A stretch of 55,861 nt of DNA from Chrysochromulina tobinii (lineage: Eukaryota): contig JWZX01002659.1 in assembly GCA_001275005.1 (NCBI GenBank), positions 1 through 55,861 on the forward strand, in the 5' to 3' direction. The notes beneath the pieces were generated by a model. It saw nothing but the letters and a program-made list of their open reading frames with translations, searched no databases and was not told the origin of the DNA. Below, in pieces: positions 33,508 to 41,651 of this stretch. Position 1 is the first letter of the stretch; every line of letters starts with the position of its first letter. The translations under genes were made by a program, and so were the position numbers.

Positions 33508-35703
33508 AAGCGTTGGCGGCGTTGGCGGCGAATCCGCTGGGACTGTCGGCGCGGTCGACACGGTCGGCGCGGTCGGCACGGTTGGCACTGCCGGGAAAGT
33601 CGAGATCGGTAAATTGATCGGGGTCGGGGCATTGAGCTCGGCCGCCGCCTCGTCGGCCGCGGCCTTGTCGGCCGCCGCCTTGTCGGCGGCTGCCTTGTCG
33701 GCCGCCGCCTTGTCGGATGCGGCCTTGTCGGCCGCGGCCTTGTCGGCGGCTGCCTTGTCGGCCGCGGCCTTGTCGGATGCGGCCTTGTCGGCCGCGGCCT
33801 TGTCGGCGGCTGCCTTGTCGGCCGCCGCCTTGTCGGATGCGGCCTTGTCGGCGGCTGCCTTGTCGGCCGCTGCCTCGTCGGCCGCGGCCTTGTCGGCGGC
33901 TGCCTTGTCGGCCGCCGCCTTGTCGGCCGCCGCCTTGTCGGCCGCCGCCTTGTCGGATGCTGCCTTGTCGGCCGCTGCCTTGTCGGATACTGCCTTATCG
34001 GACGCCGCCTTGTCGGCCGCGGCCTTGTCGGATGCTGCCTTGTCAGCCACTGCCTTGTCGGATGCCTCCTTGGTAGTGTCCGCGATCGGTGTGGTCGGTG
34101 AGCTGACCGCGGTCGGGGCCGGTGAGTGCTGCGGCTCGGTTACGTCGGCCAGGGCCGGTGCGGTAAACTCAGTCGGCACATCAATCGTGGCTGGTGCCTT
34201 GAGCGTCTTGCATTCCGCACAAGCGTTGCACGGGACAAAGGTGGTGCACTTGACCTCTAAAGAGGCCGTGTGCTCACCGCACCACGACTTGCAATTGTCA
34301 TTCTCCGCCGGCACAGCTGGGGCGGCCGAGGTCGCGGGCGCTCGGGCCGTGATCGGCGTGGTCGGCTTCGGCAACGTCGAGCCGGGGGCAGCAGCTTGGC
34401 CGTTGCAGCCGCACGACAAAGCGCACGTGGAGTGCATGAAGACTGGAATGCGCTGGCACTCGCCCGACTTGGCCCACGCGACGCATGGGAAAGAGGCGTC
34501 GTCGACGCACGGCGAGCTTGCCGCATCGTCCTTCGTCGTTGAGCCGAAGTCTGACGTTGCTGGCGAGGTCGGCCCGGTCACGGTCGGCTCATCAGTGTTA
34601 ATCATCTTTCCGTTGATCGGCTCGCATTCAGCGCACGCGCTGCACGTGGTATAGGTGCACTTGACCTCCAATGCTGCTGTGTGAGCCGCGCACCACGACT
34701 TGCACCCGCCTACCGTCGGCACGATCGTCTCAATGGCCGGCAACGTGAACGCCACGGCTGGCGGCGAGGCTGAGGTCGGTTTGATGGCCTCGGTTGGGGA
34801 TGGTGCGTGGAGCACTGTGGTGTTCAAAGCCAACGGGTCCCGCTCATCGATCGGGATCGGTGCACTCATGTCGACCCCAGTGCACTCTTCACACGTGGTG
34901 CACGGGACATAGGTGCACTTGACCCGCAAGGATGCAGTGTGATCCGCGCACCACGCCTTGCACCCATCCGTCTCCACAAATCCGAGGACAGATGTCCTCC
35001 GGAGGGTCGCCTGCGCGGCATCCACGGTTGAAGACGCGGGGAATCCTGCTGCCGAGGCGACCAAGCAAGCCATAGCCAAGACAGAGCCATAGTCAAGACA
35101 GAGCCATAGCCGTGGGTGGCTGCTGATCCTTTGCGAAGGGCGCGCTCGTCGTCGATCGTGTGCGCTTGTTGACCCCATCATTGATGCCTCGGGGCTCACC
35201 ACATTGGTCATCTGCTGAGCGTCTGTGACGCACCCCAGAGGGATGCGCTCGGCAATTAGCGGTGGGCAACTGCAAGCACCTGCGAGGATGCGAGAAGATC
35301 GATCACGCCGGATATCACCAAGGAGCTCAAAGGCATGGGCAGGTCTCTCATCGATCAACGCCATGGAGCCTCGGCTCCGTCCGGGGTGCAACTGTAAGCG
35401 TCGCCCTCGAGGCAGCGGCGCCGTTGGGCCAGCGGGACGCGGCCAACTGACGACGGTATTATCGTGCGGAGCTGCCCGCGGAGCTGCCCGCGCGCGTCCC
35501 TTGGCGGGCCCGCACGTGCAGCTCAGCCCCAAGGCCGCCTGGGCCGATCGTAACTTTGCGGCATCCAGAGCGGGCCCAGCAGCCGGGGGTCTTGCGGCAG
35601 AGGGAGCACGCTTCGTCCGGGACAGGCGATCGACTGAAAGATGGGCACCCAAATAGAATCTGAAATCGGCTGCCCCACCGTGCTGAGGGACGGCACGAGG
35701 CAT
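20587..35703 (-). CDS. Giant modular secretory-pathway protein: Cys modules, ShKT, GT8 glycosyltransferase, sulfotransferase-like domains, Cys-rich repeat array, glycoside-hydrolase-like domain
   Basis: 5038-codon stop-free ORF. The real start is more likely at 35181/35178 or 35073, near the hydrophobic [22 protein letters not shown]. Motifs are given in the sub-features. Confidence 0.85.
21740..23800 (-). other. Clan-A-like glycoside hydrolase (GH35/GH42-like) plus C-terminal beta-sandwich
   Basis: [41 protein letters not shown]; later LRVVFLD..F.VGYD..T.RWRE (CBM-like). Confidence 0.6.
24830..25800 (-). other. Sulfotransferase domain (Sulfotransfer_2-like)
   Basis: 5'-PSB motif [12 protein letters not shown] (25756-25794) and 3'-PB-like [14 protein letters not shown]. 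Confidence 0.8.
27000..30630 (-). repeat. Coding array of ~28 four-Cys repeats, 35-42 aa each
   Basis: Consensus [17 protein letters not shown](I/V)TGxDxNCPxxxYC(Q/D)DNP, counted in the translation. Confidence 0.95.
31130..32130 (-). other. Stf0-like sulfotransferase-fold domain, probably degenerate
   Basis: [38 protein letters not shown] and LHYE echo the Stf0 pattern, but the R-S-G-S/T PAPS loop is replaced. Confidence 0.45.
32240..33322 (-). other. GT8 glycosyltransferase domain (galacturonosyltransferase-like)
   Basis: RFYLP, DxD motif [26 protein letters not shown] and LHWSGRNKP occur in GT8 order. Confidence 0.85.
33643..34068 (-). repeat. 15-nt coding minisatellite (AADKA)n
   Basis: GCCTTGTCGGCCGCN tandem units; a short second copy lies at ~21373-21438. 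Confidence 0.95.
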
Positions 35704-35876
35704 TCGAGGGCACTTGCCTGAAAAATAGGAGTCCTAATTTGGGTCGTTTCGAAGAGGGCCAACCCGACTCAAAAAGGAAATCCTGGTGAACGCAAAAATT
35801 TGGTGCTGTCGTGTCATAAAAGGAACATGCAACAGGAAGTGTCGAATGTGCTCTCTGGGAGCCAATCCCTTGGAGG

Positions 35877-36162
35877 AAGTCAAGTCAAGTCAAGTCAACG
35901 AGACTTAAACAACAGACTCAGACATTTAACCAACTGACATAACCGTCGCGGAAACCTATGAATGTGCTCCGGAGGCCAGCAGTGGTGGAAGGGGTGGTGG
36001 AAGGGAGTATGGGCGGGAATGAGGTGACACGTCATATCCTACGTGCCCTCGGAGTGAGCGAGTGCAGGTGAGAAGTAAAGGGCCGATCTCGAGCCGATGA
36101 GCGCCACTCTCACGCCGAAGAGGAAATCGGCTTGAGATCACCTTGACTTGACTTGACTTGAC
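35877..36162. promoter_or_regulatory. Inverted pair of (CAAGT)n / (CTTGA)n pentamer arrays between divergent genes
   Basis: AAGTCAAGTCAAGTCAAGTCAA at 35877-35898 and CTTGACTTGACTTGACTTGAC at 36142-36162. A regulatory role is inferred from position only. Confidence 0.4.
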
Positions 36163-36259
36163 AAGTTTGTCTTGATTGTGTTATGGGATTTCACAGAGCC
36201 GACGGGGGCACCGACATCTCCGCCCGCGCCCGGTGCTTGCTTGTGGTGGCGCCGGTTCG

Positions 36260-39200
36260 ATGGCCGATCTGCGGCTGAACGAAGCCTTCCTTTCCGCTGC
36301 GCAGCCATCGACGCATGTCCCCGTCATGTCCCCGAACCCGAACCCACCGATGGGCGAGCCGGTCCAAGGGGGTGCACTGCCGATGGCTCAGCCCGTTTAC
36401 GAGGCCGCGACAGTCACCAACGCAGTCCCTGCCACAGCCATCGCGACGACTTCCGTGTTTGGGGCCGATCCAGACGTCACCCGCTCCATCCGCCAGACTT
36501 TGTCTACATTATCGCGCGAGGAGGAGAAGCTTGCGGCGTCCAAAGACTACTCGGGCGCAGCGAAGTTAAACGACGAGGCCAAGACTCTCAGCAGCCTCGC
36601 AGCTGCAGTGGAAGAGCTTGAGGTCAGGGAGCGCTCGCTCGCAGTAGCCAAGGACTACGCGGGCGCACAGGCGGCCAACGAGGAGTCCAGTTCGCTCAAG
36701 CTCAGGGCGCTCGCGGAGGTGGACCGCATCCGGAGAAACTCGCTCACGAGTATCGACTTGAGCTCGGGCCGCGACGAAGGTCCAGACGAGGGCCCAGCAC
36801 AGATCGTCGGGGGCTCCAAATCGCCGGGCGTGGGGGCGGCACCGGCGGGCTCGACCAAGGGGTTGGCGCCAGCGGCGCCATCGGGGTCGTGGATGTCGCG
36901 CATGACGCTCGCGTGGAGCAGCGCCGTCCAAAAAGGGAAAGAGTTCATCGGCACCAATGAGCGCTCGCGCATCGCTCGGCTTGTGGAGAAGCCTTTGGCG
37001 GCACTCGACCTCGCGGAGCTCGAGAAGTTGCTCAAGGATGCGGGGGCACAGCGTCGCAAGCTCGAGGAGAAGGTGGACGGAGCCGATAAGCAAGCCGCCG
37101 CGGCTGCCAAAGAGGGTCTCGAGCTGTGCGTGCCCGCGGCAGAGCTCGAAGCGGCGCAGGCTCGGCTGCGGGAGGTAGGCGAGTTACGCCGCGCGGCCGC
37201 CAAGCAGCTGCAGGCGGTGCGTGCGCCCGAGCTGCGCGACCAGGACGCGGCCGCGCTCGCCGCGGCGCTCGCCCGAGCCGAGGAGATGGGCGTCGCGCAC
37301 CCGACCTTCCAATTGTATGCCTCCGCCACCGTGCCCAGCGCAGGAGCCGAGATGCCGAGCGAAGCGGTGCCTCTAGTGTCGGGCGCCGAACTGGTGCGCA
37401 ACGCGCGCGCGTGGATGTACCAGGTGCGCAGCGTGCGCGCGGCAGTCGAGACGCACCTGAACGCGGGCTGCGCCGCACTCGCCGCCAAGGTCGACACGGA
37501 GGTGCTGCGCGTTGACGGCGTCGAGGCGGCGGCGGCGGTGGGCGGCATCGACCCCGCCCTGTTGGAGAATGCACGTGCTAAGCTTGAGATGGTGGTGACG
37601 GCGCGTGCGGAGGCGGCGACGACGCTGCAGGCGGTGCGGGCGGCGACGATGGCAGAGCAGGACGTGGCGAAGCTCGAGGCGGCAGTCGTCCAGGCACAGG
37701 AAGTGGGCGTGGCGCACCCCGCGTACAAGCTCGCGTCAGGCGTCCCGGGAACGGCGATCGTCGCTGCGGCGGCAGCGTGGTTGCACTCGGTCAAGACGGT
37801 GCGTGAGGCGGCGCGCTCATGCATCGAGGGCGCGCTCGTGGCCAAGCCCGCCGAGCTGGACGTGGACAAGCTGCGGACGGGCGGGATCGAGGCCGCTCAG
37901 ACGGCCGGCGGTCTGTCGACGGAGCTGCTCAGTACGGCGCGTGCCAGGCTCGAGGCAGTGGCGGGAGCGCGCGCGGAGGCGGCAGCGGCGCTGCAGGCGG
38001 CGCGGGCGGCGACGATGGCAGAGCAGGACGTGGCGAAGCTCGAGGCGGCAGTCGTCCAGGCACAGGAAGCGGGCGTGGCGCACCCCGCGTACAAGCTCGC
38101 GTCAGGCGAGGCTGGTAGCGAGCTCGTCGTGAGCGCGGCGGCATGGTACGGTAAGGTGAAGGGGGCGCGTTTCGCCGCGGAGCAGTGCCTGCAGGAGGTG
38201 CTCGATACGGCGCCAGTGGCGCTGGACGTTCAGAGGCTGCGGGAGCTAGGCGTCGAAGCTGCCGAGAAGGCGGGAGGCATCGAAGTGACCCTTCTGGCGA
38301 ACGCACGCAAGAAACTTGAGGCAGTGGCGGGAGCGCGCGCGGAGGCGGCAGCGGCGCTGCAGGCGGCGCGGGCGGCGACGATGGCAGAGCAGGACGTGGC
38401 GAAGCTCGAGGCGGCAGTCGTCCAGGCACAGGAAGCGGGCGTGGCACACCCCGCGTACAAGCTCGCGTCGGGCGAGGCTGGTAGCTCCTCGCTCGCCACT
38501 GCCTGTAAATGGCTCACCCAGGTCAAGGGTGCCCGCGAGGCCGCGCAGCTCTGCTTGAACGCAGCACTCACCACGAGCCCTGCCGAGCTCGACATCAAGG
38601 TCCTCATGGCGCAGGGCCTCGAGGCCGCTTCGGTCGCCGGCGGCATCGACCAGGGCGTGCTCGCGAGTGCTCGTGAGAAGGTCACGGCTGTGCTTGCACT
38701 GCGGGCCAAAGCGGTCTCGAGCCTCCGGGCAGCGCAGGCGGCCGTGCACGCGGATCAGGACGTGGCCTCGCTCGAAGCGGCGCTCTTGACGGCGCAGGAG
38801 GCGGGAGTCGCGCACCCATCATACATGATCGACCCAGCTCCAGATCCGCCGGCCGGTGGCGGCGGGGAAGGCGAGCCGTCGGTGGTAGCGAGCTCATCTC
38901 TGTCGGCGGCCGTGGCCGGTAGCGAGCTCATCTCTGACGCGTGCGCGTGGCTGAGCCAGGTGCACCGGGGCGCAGCGGAGGCGGAGATGGCGCGTAACCT
39001 CGCGAGCATCGAGGCGCTCGCCACGACGCAGAAGCGGCTGCGCCGTGCCGAGCAGTACGCCAAGGAGCGACGTGATTACGCCCGTGCAGCGAAGCTCGCG
39101 ACACGCTGGGAGGAGCTCGAGAGCCTGCAGGTGAGCCTCCCCCCCCTCCCCCTCCCCCCCGATTGCATGCCGATTGCCTTCTCCCCCCCCGAATGCATGC

Positions 39201-40924
39201 TGATTGAGAGCCTGCAGGTGAGCCTCATCTCGGGCGCGATGGCCAAGCGCGCCACCGACGCCGATCGGCTCGTCGAGATCAATCGGCTGGTGGCGCAGAC
39301 GGCCGTCGACTTTGCCACGGACGCTCTCTCTGCCGTGCCGGCCCCCTCGCCCGCTACCGCTACGCCCGAGGACGGCCACGCGCGGCACGAGGAGAAGGCG
39401 AGCGCGGAGGGCGGTTTCTTCGACTGGGCTAAGACGTCTCTCGACGGGTCGTTGCCGCGGGCGGACGTGGCAGGGATCGAGTGTCTCTCGTGTCTCCCGC
39501 CGTCCCGCGAGGAGCTCGACGCAAGAGGCGCATCCAGCGAAGAGGTCGCAGCAGTGGCCGCGGCGCCGGCAGCGGTCGCGGCCGCGGCTCCCCTCCTCTC
39601 GAGCGTGGAGACGGCCAAGGTCCTCGCCCTCGCCCCGTCCGCTCTCGTGCTCCTTCACGAGGGTGTCGTTGAAGGGGAGCGGCGGGCGCCGTACGAGGGG
39701 CTGTACAAACTCGACCGCGGCAACTACGTCAACCAGCGGCCGCTCTTTCGCAGGGTAGAGGGAGGCGCGCTGCCAGGCGCCTCGAAGCGCTGCCTCGCCT
39801 ACGTGGCCGAGGGCAAGTGCACATGGGCCGGTCAGCTCGAAGCGAGCCTCGGCTCGAGCGTTGCGTACCTGCAGCTGATCGACCCGACGTTGCCAGCGAC
39901 GCCCGATCGGAGTGGATTCCCGTGGCAAGGAGTGAATTGGGTCGATGCGCTCGATCCCGAAGGTCAATGGACGCCGCGACCGAAGCTCAAGTGCTCGGCG
40001 CTGCTCGAGGCGCAGGCGGCCATGTGGCGCGGCATTGAGATTGAGGGGCAGCTCGCGGCCACTGGGCTGGCGATTGCGATCACCGGATTTGTCGACGAGG
40101 ACGAGGTCACGTTTTACCTGATGACCACCATAGTGCAGGCGGCCGACGGCAAGCGCTCCGAGCACGAGGCGAAGCATCGCTTCTCGAGATTCGAGCACTT
40201 GCACACCGAGATGCAGCCGCAGCTCGGGCAGCTTCTTCCCGCGCGATTCCCCGTCGCCAAGCTTGCCCTCACGGGTCTCTTCACCGCCGCCTCCAAGGCC
40301 GCGGCGAAGACGAAACGCGGCAAGGAGCTCCAGGCATACCTCCGGCGGCTCGCAAGCGCCGCCGCGAGCAAGGGGCTCGAGCGCGGGGGCCCCGAGCTGC
40401 TTGAATTCTTGGGCGCTAGACCCGCGAGTGGGCCGCTCGCCACGCCCGGCTTTGCTGCGGACGTCGAACGCGCGGAGGGCGGCGCGGCGAACGGCGGCGC
40501 GGCCGAGGGCGGTGCGGCAGAGGAGGGGACCGAGATGCACTCGCCGCCGACGCCCCCGCCCGAGACCCCGCCGCCGTCTGCACCGGCGGGAGGAGAAGCA
40601 GTAGCAGTCGCAGATGGGACGTACGCATGGTCGATCAGTTGCCTCAAGCTGGTCGAGCAAGTGAATGAGGCCGAGGCGGAGGCCGCCGCGGCCAAGAATT
40701 ACACGGGCGCAGGCAAGCTGCACGAGGCCGCTCAATCGCTCACCTCCCACTCTGCGAGGGTGCACTTCTTCGAGGCGCGAGAGCTGGCGCTGGCAGACGG
40801 GCGCGACTATGCCGGTGCGGAGGCCGCAGCAGCTGAGGCGGAAAAGGTCAAAGAGAGCCTTAAGGCGGAAGAGGCCGCGGCGCGACAGCTCATCCAGCTG
40901 TTCTCAGCAAGGAGCGTCGAATGA
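36260..40924 (+). CDS. Large helical-repeat protein with a C-terminal PX domain
   Basis: PX-like VTFY..HRFSRFEHLH..FP..KRGKELQAYLRRL..LLEFL (~40075-40416); 122-aa repeats; 'KDYxGAAKL' UVR-like hairpins at both ends; in-frame intron 39131-39217. Confidence 0.8.
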   Translation: MADLRLNEAFLSAAQPSTHVPVMSPNPNPPMGEPVQGGALPMAQPVYEAATVTNAVPATAIATTSVFGADPDVTRSIRQTLSTLSREEEKLAASKDYSGAAKLNDEAKTLSSLAAAVEELEVRERSLAVAKDYAGAQAANEESSSLKLRALAEVDRIRRNSLTSIDLSSGRDEGPDEGPAQIVGGSKSPGVGAAPAGSTKGLAPAAPSGSWMSRMTLAWSSAVQKGKEFIGTNERSRIARLVEKPLAALDLAELEKLLKDAGAQRRKLEEKVDGADKQAAAAAKEGLELCVPAAELEAAQARLREVGELRRAAAKQLQAVRAPELRDQDAAALAAALARAEEMGVAHPTFQLYASATVPSAGAEMPSEAVPLVSGAELVRNARAWMYQVRSVRAAVETHLNAGCAALAAKVDTEVLRVDGVEAAAAVGGIDPALLENARAKLEMVVTARAEAATTLQAVRAATMAEQDVAKLEAAVVQAQEVGVAHPAYKLASGVPGTAIVAAAAAWLHSVKTVREAARSCIEGALVAKPAELDVDKLRTGGIEAAQTAGGLSTELLSTARARLEAVAGARAEAAAALQAARAATMAEQDVAKLEAAVVQAQEAGVAHPAYKLASGEAGSELVVSAAAWYGKVKGARFAAEQCLQEVLDTAPVALDVQRLRELGVEAAEKAGGIEVTLLANARKKLEAVAGARAEAAAALQAARAATMAEQDVAKLEAAVVQAQEAGVAHPAYKLASGEAGSSSLATACKWLTQVKGAREAAQLCLNAALTTSPAELDIKVLMAQGLEAASVAGGIDQGVLASAREKVTAVLALRAKAVSSLRAAQAAVHADQDVASLEAALLTAQEAGVAHPSYMIDPAPDPPAGGGGEGEPSVVASSSLSAAVAGSELISDACAWLSQVHRGAAEAEMARNLASIEALATTQKRLRRAEQYAKERRDYARAAKLATRWEELESLQVSLPPLPLPPDCMPIAFSPPECMLIESLQVSLISGAMAKRATDADRLVEINRLVAQTAVDFATDALSAVPAPSPATATPEDGHARHEEKASAEGGFFDWAKTSLDGSLPRADVAGIECLSCLPPSREELDARGASSEEVAAVAAAPAAVAAAAPLLSSVETAKVLALAPSALVLLHEGVVEGERRAPYEGLYKLDRGNYVNQRPLFRRVEGGALPGASKRCLAYVAEGKCTWAGQLEASLGSSVAYLQLIDPTLPATPDRSGFPWQGVNWVDALDPEGQWTPRPKLKCSALLEAQAAMWRGIEIEGQLAATGLAIAITGFVDEDEVTFYLMTTIVQAADGKRSEHEAKHRFSRFEHLHTEMQPQLGQLLPARFPVAKLALTGLFTAASKAAAKTKRGKELQAYLRRLASAAASKGLERGGPELLEFLGARPASGPLATPGFAADVERAEGGAANGGAAEGGAAEEGTEMHSPPTPPPETPPPSAPAGGEAVAVADGTYAWSISCLKLVEQVNEAEAEAAAAKNYTGAGKLHEAAQSLTSHSARVHFFEARELALADGRDYAGAEAAAAEAEKVKESLKAEEAAARQLIQLFSARSVE
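39131..39217 (+). other. In-frame 87-nt intron flanked by a 21-nt direct repeat
   Basis: CAG|GTGAGC...C-rich...CTGCAG|GTGAGC; GAGAGCCTGCAGGTGAGCCTC occurs at 39119 and 39206. Confidence 0.8.
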
Positions 40925-41059
40925 AGGGCCGGGTGTCGAGGGTTGCGTGGCGAGGGCATGGTTGAGGGCTGCGTGAAGGGCACTGTGAGGTGTGGCTGAC
41001 TGCTGCGGTGGAGTGCGCCAAGATGCGGCGTGCGGTCCGGGCGCACTATCTGGTCGTCC

Positions 41060-41099
41060 TGCAGCGCCCTGCAGCGCCCTACAGCGCCTTGCAGCGCCC
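41060..41099 (+). repeat. 10-nt tandem repeat (TGCAGCGCCC) x4
   Basis: Directly visible downstream of the PX gene. Confidence 0.85.
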
Positions 41100-41651
41100 G
41101 ACGGTTGCCGGATGAGCATCGGCATGGCCATGGGTGGACGCGAGGCGCGAGAAGAGTCAAGCCACGAGAAAGAGACGGCCCGTTTTCGAGATCGGAGATG
41201 GAGACAGTGTGCGAGTGGCGCACTCCCGTCCTCCGTCCTGCGTGCTATGTATCTCCCGTCCGTGACTCCGTCAACTACTGTGGTGCGACTGTGCTTCACT
41301 TGAGGATGCGAGGTCCCTACTGCTGAGTGCTGTGGAGAAGCTGTGAGTGTCGGAGATTCCGATTCGCGGTCCGTAAGAGCTGAATGAACCGCGCACAGCA
41401 CCACTGGGCAACTGCCACGGCACATGTACATACGACACTGGGCAGACACGTGTACCGCCAACACGGACCCCACGGACCCCACCCGTTCACCTGTGCCACA
41501 GCGCATCACCGTTTTTGTAAACGCCCGCCACTATCTGAGCCGGTCCATAATACATCTTCCCAGGGCAAGGCGCCTGTGAGACGATGGTAACCGCCGTCTA
41601 GCCGCCGTGTGTCGTCGCCCTCCGCCTCGTGCGCCCTTGCCGCCTCAGAGC

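Noticed and set aside
35182..35703. First ~174 codons of the giant ORF as true coding sequence
   Set aside because: Arg/Pro-rich and not domain-like, and upstream of the hydrophobic leader; probably open by chance. Needs 5' RACE.
19197..35703. Desaturase plus giant gene as a biosynthetic gene cluster
   Set aside because: Only adjacency; the genes are convergent and no pathway link is visible.
38894..40765. 623-aa minus-strand ORF and similar long antisense ORFs (22474-23775, 31507-32721, 33614-34654)
   Set aside because: They overlap better-supported genes, have no motifs, and are expected from GC-rich codon usage.
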